64,000 nt of DNA from Octopus sinensis (taxonomy: Eukaryota), in NCBI RefSeq assembly GCF_006345805.1, contig NW_021833080.1:1-64000 (forward strand), in the 5' to 3' direction. The notes under the pieces were generated by a model that was given only the letters and a program-made list of their open reading frames with translations, did no database searches and was not told the DNA's origin. The position numbers and the translations under genes were made by a program. Below are positions 11,918-26,667 of this stretch, piece after piece (position 1 is the first letter of the stretch; the number at the start of each line of letters is the position of its first letter).

Positions 11918-12219
11918 ATATATGTATACAATATTATAATATATATATATATATATCTATCTGCATATATATGCATATATTGTGTATATATGTATATATA
12001 TAACATACCTATATACATGGATGGATGTATATGTGTATATAAACATATATATAAGTAGTATACAATATGTATTTGCGAACAAATATACTACATGCATATA
12101 TATAATATGAATATATGTATACATACCAAATACACACATACATTTATATATATATATATATATATATACATGCATACATCATGAATATACGCATTGCACA
12201 TATACGCATACAACACGCC

Positions 12220-12271
<52 letters not shown>

Positions 12272-12393
12272 GTATGCATATAAATATAGATACACATATA
12301 CATATATATGCACACGACGCATACATACATGCATGCATGCATTGCATACATACATAAATTCATACATACACACATATACACACACACAGAGGC

Positions 12394-12447
<54 letters not shown>

Positions 12448-12450
12448 TTC
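11715..12450. repeat. (TA)n-rich compound microsatellite
   Basis: Direct reading. Confidence 0.95.
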
Positions 12451-12579
12451 CGAATCGTTTATTTACATAATATATCAAGCTGAGTAACGCAATATTTCTA
12501 AATATAGTTTCGTCTTTCCTTTGTGAAATTACCCAATGAAAATAAGCCCCATTATCATTACAATAAAAATTCTCGTTAT

Positions 12580-12609
12580 TATTGTTACCGTTGTTGTTGT
12601 TATTATTGT

Positions 12610-12648
<39 letters not shown>

Positions 12649-13098
12649 AATAAATGAGAACAACAACAATAGTAGTAATAGAGTTTACTCGTATGAAAAC
12701 TGCCGCGGTAATTTGGGTGGTAGCGTTCTTGTTGGAGAGCTATTTAGCTTTCTATGAGAACTCGCACACGAGCATCAGCACAACCACCACCACCACCGCC
12801 ACCGCCACCGCCACCGCTACCGCCACCGCCACCACCAGCTGTCGCCGCCGCCGCCGTCACCTTCACTAGACTCAGCTATCACCGCCGCCACCACCACCAT
12901 CATCACCACCACAACCACAACCACCACCACTACCACTACTGCCACCACCACCACCACCACAATCATTACCATCATCGTCGTCATCATGATCATGACCATC
13001 ATGATTGTCATGATTATCATCCACATCACCATCACCATCATCACCACCACCATCATCATCATCATCACCATCACCATCATCATCATCACCACCATCAC

Positions 13099-13136
<38 letters not shown>

Positions 13137-13230
13137 CCATCACCATCACCATCTTCACCATCAGCGCCACTAGCATCGTAACTACCACAACCACCAAGAT
13201 TACTATTAGCACCATCACCGAAATTATTAC

Positions 13231-13262
<32 letters not shown>

Positions 13263-13585
13263 ACACCACCATCAAGAATACCACTACCATCACTACCACT
13301 ATGACTCCCACCACTGTTACGTATATCACCACCAGCATCACCGCAACCGCCACAACCACCTCCACCACGACCACCTCCAAAACCACCACCTCTAAGTACT
13401 TCCTCCCCACCAACACACTGTCAGAATCATCACCGACCCACCATCGTCACTACTACCCCAGCACCATCACCGAAAACAAATAACAACGAAGCTACTGCCT
13501 CCGCTACCACCACACCACCACCACCACCACCACCACCACCACCACCACCACCATCACCAAAAATACTACTACTACTACTACTAAC
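12580..13585. repeat. Compound trinucleotide tract (ACC/ATC/ACT)
   Basis: Direct reading; source of the poly-His/Ile/Met ORFs. Confidence 0.95.
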
Positions 13586-13847
13586 TTACTACATCCTTTG
13601 AACAACCCTTTCAATGGAGGGCATTGCCCTAGCGTCTTGCACTGAGAAATAACAAGTGTGACATTACCCGGAGTCATTGGAAGAGAAATGGCGGGTAACC
13701 TTAGGAAGCACGGCATTAAATAAGTCTTTTAAAGAATTTTGAGAAATGTTTGCTGAGAAAATAACCTGCGATTCTTTTCTGTACGTATATGCCATGCATC
13801 GTACTGTGTGTAGCGTGTGTCTGCACACATGCATACATACACACACA

Positions 13848-13891
<44 letters not shown>

Positions 13892-14016
13892 ATATCTATA
13901 TATATAATACTATATATATATATATATATATATAGCTATATATATATATATATATAATAATATACAGATATATATATATATACATATATTATATATATAC
14001 ATATATATATACTATA

Positions 14017-14072
<56 letters not shown>

Positions 14073-14112
14073 TATACATATATATAATATACATATATAT
14101 ATATAACATATA

Positions 14113-15610
14113 TTCGAATGATTTGTCTGTGTTTCGTGTTCGTCGTCCCTTCCTGTTTTTCACGTTCATTATATATAAAAACATTCATTCTTAATATTAT
14201 TGCGGCGTTACGTGCACCCCCCCCGTTTGTTGTCCAATTTAAAACCCTGCACGACTTCTATACACACTGTCTTTCCTACCCACCATTGCTTCTTCACCAA
14301 ACTATTTTGGCGCCCTCCGATTCTTTCTTCCCCCTCTTCCTTCCATCCTCCTTAATCCCTTCTTTCTTTCTCTTTTCCTCTTGGCACTGATTCTGTCCCC
14401 TGCCTTCCACCCTCTTTGATTCCCTCTCTCTCTGTCTCTCTTTCTCTCTCTCTCCTGCGACCCTGTGATTCTTAACCATTCTGTTGGCCATCGTATCTTG
14501 ACCAACATGTGTCCCCGCTACCGCTACCGAAACGGTAATTATTCTACGCCTGCTATGTTGTTTTGTTTGGTCTCATTTGGTCTAAAGTCGTATGACAACC
14601 ACAGTTATATATATTTTGTTTATTCATTACTGTTTTCAATTTCGTTTTCGTCTCTTGTATTTACATCCGTCTTGTGCGTTCACATTCCTGTCTTCTACCA
14701 AAATATCTAATGCTTACAGCTTAGTTTTTTTCTTGGGGCTGGCCGAGTTGGAGCAAATATCAGAATTGAACAGCCGAAATTTGCTATGATGATTCGGTGT
14801 CTGACTGAAGATTGAAGGCTTCGAATGATTTGTCTGTGTTCCGTGTTCGTCCCTTCCTGTATTTCACGTTCATTATATATAAAAACATTCATTCTTATAT
14901 TATGCGGCGTTACGTGCAACCCCCCCCCCCCCCCCCGTTTGTTTGTCCAATTTTAAACCTGCACGACTTCTATACAACACTGTCTTTTACTACCCGCCAT
15001 TGCTTCTTCACCAAACTATTTTGGCGCCCTCCGATTTCCCCCCTCTTCCCCCTCTTCCTCCCATCCTCCTTAATCCCTTCTTTCTCCTTTTCTCTTGGTC
15101 ACTGATTCTGTCCCCTGCCTTCCACCCTCTTTGATTCCCTCTCTCTCTGTCTCTCTTTCTCTCTCTCTCCTGCGACCTGCTGATTCTTAACCATTGTTGG
15201 CCATCGTATCTTGACCAACATGTGTCCCCGCTACCGAAACGGTAATTATTTCTACGGAGCCAGCTGCTTGTTGTTTTGTTTGTCTCATTTGGTCTAAAGT
15301 CGTATGACAACCACCGTTATATATATTTTGTTTATTCATTACTGTTTTCATTTCGTTTTCGTCTCTTGTATTACATCCGTCTTGTGCGTTCACATTCCTG
15401 TCTTCTACCAAGAATCTAATGCTTACAGCTTAGTTTTTTTTCTTGGGGCTGGCCGAGTTGGAGCAAATATCAGAATTGAACAGCCGAAATTTGCTATGAT
15501 GATTCGGTGTCTGACTGAAGATTGAAGGCTTCGAATGATTTGTCTGTGGTTCCGTGTTCGTCCCTTCCTGTATTTCACGTTCATTATATATAAAAACATT
15601 CATTCTTATA
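14113..15610 (+). repeat. Tandem repeat, ~708-bp unit x 2.1, between (TA)n tracts
   Basis: TCGAATGATTTGTCTGTG restarts at about 14114, 14821 and 15531; an older related copy of the last ~200 bp lies at 56160-56420. Confidence 0.95.
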
Positions 15611-15765
15611 CATATATATATATATACATATGAATGTATACATAAACAGGCATACATGTATATATATATGTGTGTAGATAAACACACATACATGTATATA
15701 TATTTAAGCAGATATATTTTTCTATCTGTAATTATATATACTGTCTGTCTATCTATCTATCTATA

Positions 15766-15812
<47 letters not shown>

Positions 15813-15850
15813 ATAATATATATATATATTATATATATATATATATATAT

Positions 15851-15910
<60 letters not shown>

Positions 15911-15936
15911 ATATATATATATATATATATATATCA

Positions 15937-15992
<56 letters not shown>

Positions 15993-16314
15993 ATATGCAT
16001 ACATAGTCTTACTCAGATAACAAATGTATAATCAAACGGAGAAACATTAGCCGTGCATTTACATCTATTGTGTTATAACGATGTTCGAATGGTAACATTT
16101 CATTTATCCATTTTATTTAGTCATTTGTTTATTTTACTAGACTTATTCACTTGTTGTTGTTGTTGTTGTTTTTGTTGCTCTTCTTCTTCTTCTTCCTCCT
16201 CTTCCTCCTCCTCCAATTCTGCACGAAAGAAGACAATAGGAAAGGATAATGAACCCGTTAACGCAAGAGGCAATGTCAATGAACGATCAGTTTTATTAAG
16301 AAACTATCCCTATC

Positions 16315-16374
<60 letters not shown>

Positions 16375-16757
16375 TTTTTTATTAAACAAAGAATGTGTGT
16401 GTGTATGAGTGTAAGTGAGTTTAGTTGTGAGGGTTTTGTGTGTAAACAAGACTAACTTATTTGCCACCAGGATGAAGGATTAGGGGGGACAAATCAAAGA
16501 CAGATAAAAAAAGTGTGTGTATATAATGAAATGGTAAAATAATTAAAAAGAAGAAATCAAATAAGTATGCATGGTATACAATGAAAACGAAGGGACCTAT
16601 ACATCGTATAAAATGGTTTAAAGACGTCTGGGGAGAGGATGATAGAGATGTAGCTCTCCTGATACAGGATGACCCCTAGGGATAATCGAGGAATCCCGCG
16701 GTCTGAGATTTCTCTGAACATCAACAGCAAGTGCCCTCTCCAATTCCTTCTCTCCGA

Positions 16758-17587
16758 CAAAGGGCTAAACACAGAGAGGACAAACAAGGACAGACAAACG
16801 GATTAAGTCGATTATATCGACCCCAGTGCGTAACTGGTACTTATTTAATCGACCCCGAAAGGATGAAAGGCAAAGTCGACCTCGGCGGAATTTGAACTCA
16901 GAACGTAACGGCAGACGAAATACCTATTTCTTTACTACCCACAAAGGGCTAAACACATTTTCGCAATTTTCACCTGCCTTTCAGTTAACTCACACGAGGA
17001 CAGCACTTCCGTCTTCACTCTCAAATTTCTTTTCTTCAAATGAAACATGAAAAAGTTGATGAGAGCTCAACCCAATAACCCCTTTCGACAAATCAACTAT
17101 TCTAATGAAACCTGCCATCAATCACATTTTACCCTATACAATTTCAGAAGTTAATATTGTTTTCGTTTTAGTTAGGGAGTATCAAACAATATTTTCTACT
17201 TTAGGTACAAGGCCCTAAATTTTTGGGGAAGGAGGCCAATCGATTAGATCGACCACAGTACGCAACTGTTAATTAAATTAGCGACCCAGAAAGGATGAAA
17301 GGCAAAATCGACCTCGGCGGAATTTGAACTCAGAACGTAACGGCAGACGAAATACCTATTTCTTTACTACTCACAAAGGGCTAAACACAGAGAGGACAAA
17401 CAAGGACAGACAAATGGATTAAGTCGATTACATCGACCCCAGTGCGTAACTAGTACTTATTTAATCGACCCGAAAGGATGAAAGGCAAAGTCGACCTCGG
17501 CGGAATTTGAACTCAGAACGTAGCGGCAGACGAAATACCGCTAAGCATTTCGCCCGGCGCGTTAACGTTTCTGCCAGCCTGCCGCCT
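16758..17587 (-). mobile_element. SINE family C copies (16758-16955 and 17180-17587)
   Basis: Reverse complement of the family C unit and head. Confidence 0.85.
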
Positions 17588-17766
17588 TTAGAGAGTATTA
17601 AATAATGCAATCTTCGGTAGACGCTTTCTGAGGAGAAAAACTCGCCATCCGCCAGCTGGAAGATGTTTTGTTAAAGATACAAAATTGACGATGTCCTTAT
17701 AATGACGGACAGAATGATTTGTAGTTTTTGTTCCGACTCTCAACGTTTTAAGAAGGAATTTTACCG

Positions 17767-18170
17767 AGGCGCAGGAGTGGCTGTGTGGTAAGTAGCTTGC
17801 TAACCAACCACATGGTTCCGGGTTCAGTCCCACTGCGTGGCATCTTGGGCAAGTGTCTTCTGCTATAGCCCCGGGCCGACCAATGCCTTGTGAGTGGATT
17901 TGGTAGACGGAAACTGAAAGAAGCCTGTCGTATATATGTATATATATATATGTATGTGTGTGTTTGTGTGTCCCCCTAGCATTGCTTGACAATCGATGCT
18001 GGTGTGTTTACGTCCCCGTCACTTAGCGGTTCGGCAAAAGAGACCGATAGAATAAGTAGTGGGCTTACAAAAAATAAGTCCCGGGGTCGATTTGCTCGAC
18101 TGAAGGCGGTGCTCCAGCATGGCTGCAGTCAAATGACTGAAACAAGTAAAAGAGTAAAGAGAGTAAAGAG
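17767..18170 (+). mobile_element. SINE family A
   Basis: Homologous to 6832-7235. Confidence 0.9.
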
Positions 18171-18429
18171 GTCATCTTGGATTTTTTTTTTTCTGAAATA
18201 TTTTCCGGTCAATTCATTTAATTTTACTTCCTTTCTTTTCGTATTCTTTTCGTATTTTTTTCTTTCTCAGAAAGCTGTTATGATCAAACTATGAACAGAA
18301 ATGAGCTCCACTCATATTCAGTTTGCTTGAGATAAACTGTATGTTATGGCGACAACTTTAAGACGCCATCTGACTTTAAGGGCACATCATAGTCCGATTT
18401 GATGCTAAATAGGAAAATTGAAAACCAGA

Positions 18430-19000
18430 ACAATATAAACAAAACAGTAATTCTTATAATGACGAAAGGCTGCCGCTAAAATTGCTGACGAAAACAGTAC
18501 AGAGTTAAGTAATTGTATTAAGAATAGTCAATGGTAGCGGTGGCGTTGGTGTGTGTTTTTGGGGTGTAATAATATCAGCTCTTTAGCAAAGAAAAAATAA
18601 AGCCATGTCTGCACTTGTAAGAACATGATAATGAGTTAGGAATAATGGTTAAATGGAGTTGAGAACAATAGTCCCAGTGCACTAGATATAAAATAAACGA
18701 TGCAAATATTTGAACGAGAAAGCATCTGCAAAAGTTGTATATGAATAAAAAATATTTAGCAGCAAGAGTAATTGTAAACTACATGACTGGCTGTAAAGAA
18801 AATATTTCTTTAAATTAATATCAGTGCTTTGAGAAAGAAATGGTGATTTTGCCCATGCTGTTGGCAATGAGAATAGAAAATGAACAATTAGATTAAGCAC
18901 CAAAAGAAAAGAGTAAAGGAAAAAATATATTTCTAAAGTAGTTTCTAGAATATTGGTAAAAACTTTTGCTGTGGGGGGTAAAAAAAAGTGTAACGTTCCG
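18430..19000 (+). mobile_element. Possible highly decayed Tc1-like transposase fragment
   Basis: Frameshifted motifs in the expected order: VIL.NDE, NGSGGVGVCFWGVI (GGG.VM.WG), NNSP.H (DNAP.H), DW; many stops. Confidence 0.35.
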
Positions 19001-19318
19001 GGTGTCAATGACTTACTATAATGTTTATTGTATTACATACAATATTCTATAACATAGGTTAAATTTTTAGTGGCATTTTGTTTCATATTTATGGGACAGG
19101 TTGCAATTAGAATCATATTTACATATGACATTATAATATAAGTGTCGCAGTATTACGTTTATTTTAATATTGCATTTTATTACATTTTATTATAAGATGC
19201 AATTCCATTTCAGACACTTATACATCGTGTTCTGAAATGCGATAGATCTGGCTTGACAACAATATACATACATTAAATATATACATATATGCATACATAC
19301 ATAATACATAATACATAC

Positions 19319-19398
<80 letters not shown>

Positions 19399-19499
19399 GC
19401 ATGGATATTAAATATATATTATATATAATATATTATATAATATATGTACATATATATATATAATATATATATATATATATGTACATATATCTATATATA

Positions 19500-19549
<50 letters not shown>

Positions 19550-19570
19550 CATATATGTACACACACACAC

Positions 19571-19605
<35 letters not shown>

Positions 19606-19810
19606 TTGTATATGTATATATGTATGTGTGCACGCACATACACATATACATATCACATGCACGCATGCACACACAGACACACACACAGACGCACACTTGG
19701 TTTATTGATTTCAGAACGGCCTTCACAACAATATTTACAGCATTTTAAAATACGATAGAAGTTGCTTGATGCGGGAAGCTAACCTAATACTTCATCTTAA
19801 GACACATTAA

Positions 19811-20656
19811 ATTACATGGAAAAATACGAGCAAGCGTAATAATTCTTAAGATTATAAACCTGGAAAATTCAGGACAAGTTATTATAACTGGTAAAGTACA
19901 GCACAAAAATAGTTTACTTAAAATATTGCAGCTAAGGATAAAATTTCAAATAAAATATTTAGATTTAGAAAATATCAGCTGTTTTTAAAACTAAAAATTT
20001 TATTACAAGTTATTACTTTTATTTGTTATTACTTGTTAATTCTATTAAAAAGAATTAACTCAATTAAAATATTTTTTGCACTTTAAAAATATTCATTTTT
20101 TAAGATTATTAATTACTAAATAGAAATTTGAAAGATGGCTATAAAAATAATTTTAGTACATACCTAGTTAGTACAATAAATAGTATGCAAAAATTAGTTA
20201 TATATTACAGTAAAATCTACCTATAACAACAAATTCACAGTAAAATTTGCTTGAGTTATTGCCTAAGTTATTGCCAAGTTTTCAAATTTTTAGTCTTGAC
20301 CCAATGCCTATTTTTTACATAATGAATTTGCCTACCCTATATACTATTCTACTTTGCATAAAAACTTTAGCTAAACTGGTACTTCTGGCTATCATTTTTT
20401 AAATATTCTAGTGTGTCAATATTTTAACAAAATGATGGTACCTTTTTTAAATATAATGTTACTTTTTAAATTAAAATCAAATAATTTTTAGTATTCAAAT
20501 TTTATCCTTAGCTGCAATATTTTAAGTAAAAATTGTCTTGTTCTGCACTTTACCAGGTGTAATAAGTTGTCCTGAACTTTCTCAAATTGTCCTAATATTT
20601 TCCAGCTTTATAATCTTAAGAATATTATTTCTCTTGCTCGCATTTTTCCATGTAAT
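19811..20656. mobile_element. Old foldback / MITE-like inverted-repeat element (~850 bp)
   Basis: Arms 19811-19950 and ~20495-20656 are diverged reverse complements, including a perfect TTTACTTAAAATATTGCAGCTAAGGATAAAATTT match; a short inner TATGCAAA/TTTGCATA pair is also present. Confidence 0.75.
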
Positions 20657-21277
20657 CCATGTTTTTCCAGACTATGCTAATATGCTAATTAGTAATGTGT
20701 AAATTAGCGGTGCCTTTGATAATTTTTCCTTACCTCAATGACACCGGTGACATATATTAAAAGTCCCCCTATAGAACTTTATCCATAACAAAGTATAGAT
20801 CTATCATTTAAACTTTAAACTATAATTTAAACTTAATTAAAATACATTTTGTTTTTAAAATTAAAAAAAAAGTTAATACTGAAATCCAATTTTCGGCCTT
20901 ATACTTTTTCATGATATTTTACCTCACAACGTTTTTAATACAAATTTTTGTTGCATGGAACCAAATCTATAAATTCCTTCATGCTTTCTTCTAGCATTGA
21001 ATCTAAGATAAATATATTTTTCTTTTAGAATAAAAAGTTATTTAGATTTAAACTTGATTGGAGGCGTTATTTACTCTCCTATAACATTGCTACATATTTT
21101 GAGGTAAACGTTTTTCTACTGGATCAAATCTAAATTTTTTCTGCCGAAATGTACCTAGAGACCAGCCCCCTTCAAAACTGCTAACAGTTTTTAATTCGGT
21201 TAAGAACTGGATTAGCGACAAGCTTTGAAATATGCTGCGTGTGAGTAAACTGCCGCCTTAAGAATATTATTCAACTA

Positions 21278-21444
21278 TAGGCGCAGGAGTGGCTGTGTGG
21301 TAAGTAGCTCGCTTACCAACCACATGGTTCCGGGTTCAGTCCCACTGCGTGGCATCTTGGGCAAGTGTCTTCTGCTATAGCCCCGGGCCGACCAATGCCT
21401 TGTGAGTGGATTTGGTAGACGGAAACTGAAAGAAGCCTGTCGTA

Positions 21445-21517
<73 letters not shown>

Positions 21518-21716
21518 TGTTTGTCCCCCTAGCATTGCTTGACAACCGATGCTGGTGTGTTTACATCCCCGTCACTTAGCGGTTCGGCAAAAGAGACCGA
21601 TAGAATAAGTACTGGGCTTACAAAGAATAAGTCCCGGGGTCGATTTGCTCGACTAAAGGCGGTGCTCCAGCATGGCCGCAGTCAAATGACTGAAACAAGT
21701 AAAAGAGTAAAGAGTA
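21278..21716 (+). mobile_element. SINE family A
   Basis: Homologous to 6832-7235. Confidence 0.9.
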
Positions 21717-22314
21717 TTAACGTAGTTGAATCATATGCATTTATTACTAATATCTTTTCGATCAATGTCTTGCATATTCTTTAAGATGTATAAACACGAC
21801 CTGGAATTCTGTATTATTAATTAGAAATTTAAGTTCCAGCTGGTTTTAATTTGACTTGAATTTATTAACAACCGATAACTAATAATCAACTAATAACAAG
21901 CTTTGCCAATTAAATTTTAATCTCCGTCCAATGCCAGACACGTTAATAGTTGCATCGAAGGAATGTGTTGAGAGGAAATGCATTTTTTTAAAATCAAAGG
22001 GTAGTGTTGTAACATTTGGTGCTAAATTGACTCTACTGCCTTTGTAAAAGCTGAAGAACCTTAGCTAATTGTATCTTATAGAAGGAAAAAGACTGTCTAA
22101 GCTGAGGGTAAAAAAATGCTCATAAAAGATATATTATAGTTTATAGCCATAATAGGCGTTGAAGAGAATTCTACACCGAAAAATTATCTCCAGAATAGCG
22201 GCTGGAAGAGTACAGCACTGGTACTGTTAGCTGAAATTATTATAAAAGAAAAAAAAACTCAAACTCATCATATCCCCTAACAGATACTCAACTGTCATTA
22301 GAGGTGGACAGTAG

Positions 22315-22670
22315 TAGGCCCAGTGGTTAGGGCAGCGGACTCGCGGTCATAGGATCGCGGTTTCGATTCCCAGACCGGGCGTTGTGAGTGTTTATCGAGC
22401 GAAAACACCTAAAGCTCCACGAGGCTCCGGCAGGGGATGGTGGTGATCCCTGCTGTACTCTTTCACCACAACTTTCTCTCACTCTTACTTCCTGTTTCTG
22501 TTGTACTTGTATTTCAAAGGGCCGGCCTTGTCACTCTCTGTGTCACGCTGAATATCCCCGAGAACTATGTTAAGGGTACACGTGTCTGTGGAGTGCTCTC
22601 ACGAGCAGGCTGTTCCGTTGATTCGGATCAACCGGAACCCTCGTCGTCGTAACCGACGGAGTGCTTCCAC
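22315..22670 (+). mobile_element. SINE family B
   Basis: GGCCCAGTGGTTAGG (A-box-like), GTTTCGATTCC (B-box-like) and the shared body. Confidence 0.9.
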
Positions 22671-23429
22671 CACCAGTAAGACCATACATACGAGAGCATT
22701 CTTCCCATAGAAGCAGCAGATAGATGACACAACTGCACACCTTCTGTCTCGCAAGTCAGACATGATCGACAATAACAACAAAACCACATCATCATCATCA
22801 TCATCATTAACAGAATGGATAACATCAGCAGCAAAAAAATAAATAAATAAAAAGAGTGATACTTGAAACTACTGCGATAGAAACAGTAGTAACAATAATA
22901 ATAATAATAGCAAAAAACCTCAAAAGCAACGGCAGCTAAGACCGTCAAACATCTCCGGAATAACAGACAACCTTGCGACCAAATCTCATAAAAAATACAA
23001 GACCATCATATATAAAACACACACTCCACATACTGTCCTTCACACGTTTCTTTCTCCATCTGCCGCAGAACATAGCCTATTCAGAGTGAAAGACAGTGCG
23101 AGGGCACTAGTCGTCCCCCAAAGATACCCATACAATTATCACAGCCTTAGCAATAACAAAAAATCACAGAGACAACCACAAGCATAATTACAAAAGCGAA
23201 AAAAAAAATATCTCAATATCAACGGCAACAACACCAATGAAAAGAACAAAAGCCCTCCTGCATCAGCTTCACTGTTGTTCAGAAAAGCAACATTGAATTG
23301 ACGGAAGAGATGATTAACAATAAAAACATTCACACCAGTGGGGATGCTTTAAGAAGCCCCTCCCCAAAACCTCAATAGACTATAATAAAAACATAATAAA
23401 AACTGACTCACAAACTTACAGATGCCTTC

Positions 23430-24030
23430 AAAGATTACTCTTTTAATGCTGCGCTTTTGAGCAAGCTGGTCAGAAAATTTCTGAGAAAATTATTTTGACG
23501 TTTTCTCTTCTTCCCAATGAAGAGGTGATTCACGCGGCCATTTCCACTGCCAGAATGAATAAACATTCTATTTTCTTTCGCGACAAACATGACCGTATTC
23601 AGAGTGGATGTACGAATGTACGTGTTCTGGTGTCAGCTTGTAAGCAATGATCTCAGGTTGTTATACATATATGTAGTAGCCATCTGTAAGAAGAGGGTCT
23701 CTGGAGCACAAACAAGCACGTCTGTGTTTGACTATTGGGAGACATTCTGATATTATGCAGCACAGAAATCAGGCATTAAGGTTGAAGGGTTATGCTAGAA
23801 ATCCTTATTTCTCAAGTTGCTTGTCACTTACCTGGACCAGGACGATAAGTCTGTAGTCCTGGATATTAATGACTGCTGAGAGCGCCTTCAGGATATTGGT
23901 TTTCTATTACCCGATAGTGCAGAAAGGCAAAAATCTTTTAGTCTTCAAGATTTCCTATGGTCGTTCCGATCTCTTACTAATGGGATTTTGGAATTGCATT
24001 TTAGTTTCAAAGCGGGACTGAATGGGGGTT
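23430..24030 (+). mobile_element. Possible decayed LINE (L1/Tx1-like) APE endonuclease region
   Basis: Scattered motifs in plausible order (SFNAALL, FDVF, VRVLVS, LRLLYIYV, LLGD, TWT, GFW) across frames with many stops. Confidence 0.3.
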
Positions 24031-24057
24031 ATTAGCGCATGTAAATGCGTGTGTATC

Positions 24058-24088
<31 letters not shown>

Positions 24089-24204
24089 AGAAGACCTGCT
24101 CAAAAACTTTTAACTGTCTGACAAGTAGCGATTGGATCTCTTTGCTATGAAATCAACTAACCCCTTTCCCGACTTGCTTACCTTGTGCCAAAAATTTTTT
24201 GAAA

Positions 24205-24254
24205 TCATCAACATCATCATCATCATCATCATCATCATCAACGTCATCATCATC

Positions 24255-24309
<55 letters not shown>

Positions 24310-24331
24310 CCATCATCATCATCACCATCAC

Positions 24332-24381
<50 letters not shown>

Positions 24382-24495
24382 CCTTCATCATCATCACCTT
24401 CATCATCATCATTGTCATCACCATCGTCATCATCATTATTATTATTATCATCATCATCATCATCATTATTATTATTGTTGTTGTTATTATTATTC
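24205..24495. repeat. (CAT)n/(ATT)n microsatellite
   Basis: Direct reading. Confidence 0.95.
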
Positions 24496-25427
24496 GAATG
24501 TGACTCAACCGGTTTGGCTGCCATTCAGCTTAACCTGCGTATTTACGGCAGTGGGTAGCTTGTTGTATTTGAGATGTCCTCAGGCACCTTCAGTCATATG
24601 CAGCAGCAGCAACAACAACAAGAACAACGCCAACAACACATAAGGAGCAGCAACCGAATGTACCGAACCGCTTACGATGAGTAAAAGTATCTGTTCTCCG
24701 ATTTCACTTACTTACAGATTGGAACGGGTAGCAGGAATTTTAAGGGTGCGATTTTGTAGACGATTTACTGTTGTTGGGTGCACTGCTCATCACTTAGTAC
24801 TTTCTCCGTTACCTTTTTTTTTCACAGAAAACCATTCATATTTGTTATATATATATATATATATATACTACACATTCATACTCACACAAAGAAACAAATA
24901 CACATTCACAAAGAAGCACGCACACACTCATATACACACACGCACACGCCCACACACATGCATACGCACACACAGAAACCCACCCAGCCATCCACCCACA
25001 CATGCACAGACACACTCTTTGCTGTTATTCTTGTGCCAAAAGAACATGGTGGTCGCTCTCATCTGTTCACAACGTTTTCTTTCTGTTTAAGGGAGTTTTC
25101 TTTCTAGATTTGTGGAAACGCGGAGAGATTTCTGACTAACAAATGTTTTATGTATCATCCTCTTCGACATCTTTACACGTCCTCCTTCCCCTCCTCTGTG
25201 GTGGCGAGCTAGCAGAATCGTTAGCATGTCGGACAAAATGTTTGGCGGCGTTTCGTCTGCCTTTACGTTCTCAGTTCAAATTCCGCCGAGCTCGACTTAG
25301 TCATTAATCCATTTGGAGGTCGATAAAATAAATACAAGTTAAGCACTAGGGTCGGTATAATCCCCCAATATTTCAGGCGTTATACCTATAGTATTATTAT
25401 AAATAATACTATATTTATGTACTATTT

Positions 25428-25797
25428 ATAGGCGCAGGAGTGGCTGTGTGGTAAGTAGCTTGCTAACCAACCACATGGTTCCGGGTTCAGTGCTTGGGCA
25501 AAGTGTTCTCTGCTATAGCCCCGGGCCGACCAATGCCTTGTGAGTGGATTTGGTAGACGGAAACTGAAAGGAGCCTGTCGTATATATGTATATATATATA
25601 AGTGTGCGTGTATATGTTTGTGTGTCTGTGTTTGTCCCCCTAGCATTGCTTGACAACCGATGCTGGTGTGCTTACGTCCCCGTCACTTAGCGGTTCGGCA
25701 AAAGAGACTATAGAATAAGTCCCGGGGTCGATTAAAGGCGGTGCTCCAGCATGGCCGCAGTCAAATGACTAAAACAAGTAAAAGAGTAAAAGAGTAT
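25428..25797 (+). mobile_element. SINE family A with internal deletions
   Basis: Homologous to 6832-7235. Confidence 0.88.
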
Positions 25798-25985
25798 ATT
25801 ATTTATCGAGTGGTGGGGTTGATGTAATCGCCTTGCTCCCACCACCTATAAAACAAGTATTGTGCCAAAGCTGCAAGGAATATAACACGAATACAGGAAG
25901 AATATATCGAAAAGGAAGTTATATGTATGAAATAACTATGCTTTTAAGTCTATAATCCATGATTAAGTGTAAAGTTCACAATATA

Positions 25986-26034
<49 letters not shown>

Positions 26035-26667
26035 GATTGAGTGATAGAGCAGCGCATGCCTTCAAAGTGACACAGGGGTAAAATATACAAAGCCCAGTAT
26101 ACTCATCATGACTACTCGTCTGATAAGGGTACACTAGGCACATGCATCACAACCATGTGTGACATGGTGATCTCATATCAAGATAGACAGTGCATGGACT
26201 TGCAGGTGGGGCCCAGTTTGAAGTTTCTTCTGATCGAGTAACCCATCCCGCTTAAAAGGTCCCTGATTAAGGGTTGTTTAAGGATGTTGAAAGAACCACC
26301 CATGTTTCCAGAGGTGAATTATTCAAACCCCAAAGAATCCCTCTCAACACATGGCTATGATGCTCCCCCACTACTTCTGCTCGTGATCAGAGATGCACAT
26401 ATCGTCAGCCACTAAGGGACATGTTTAACTCGTTTAGGTCAAACAACTGACAAGCAATTCTGTGGTATTGAGCAGAATGTTTGCTGTAGCCCATCTTTTA
26501 TACCAAGACAAAACAATGTACATGATAACACTTTCAATCAGTTAAGATCAGAAGTAATGAGAGCTACTGCCCGGTACTGCATTTATCATTATTCATAATT
26601 GTATGGAGGCGAGCTGGTAGAATCGTTAGCATTACTATGTGTCTGTTATGTCGTAATACTACACAGT

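Noticed and set aside
9758-13483. Long poly-Thr/His/Val/Ile ORFs (also at 24.1-24.5, 29.6-30.2 and 56.9-57.6 kb)
   Set aside because: Open in several frames on both strands because they are trinucleotide or dinucleotide microsatellites; no splice or domain support.
18682-19008. 108-aa minus-strand hydrophobic ORF
   Set aside because: Composition reflects T-rich antisense of a probable decayed transposon; no domain or splice support.
21275-21784. Recurrent ORFs MLGGQTQT.., MTTDAGVF.., MVVIPAVLF.., MFIERKHL..
   Set aside because: Translations of SINE families A and B at many loci, not genes.
26040-26580. Stretch that seems familiar as an octopus interspersed repeat
   Set aside because: Single copy in this window with no diagnostic motif, so it cannot be supported from the sequence.
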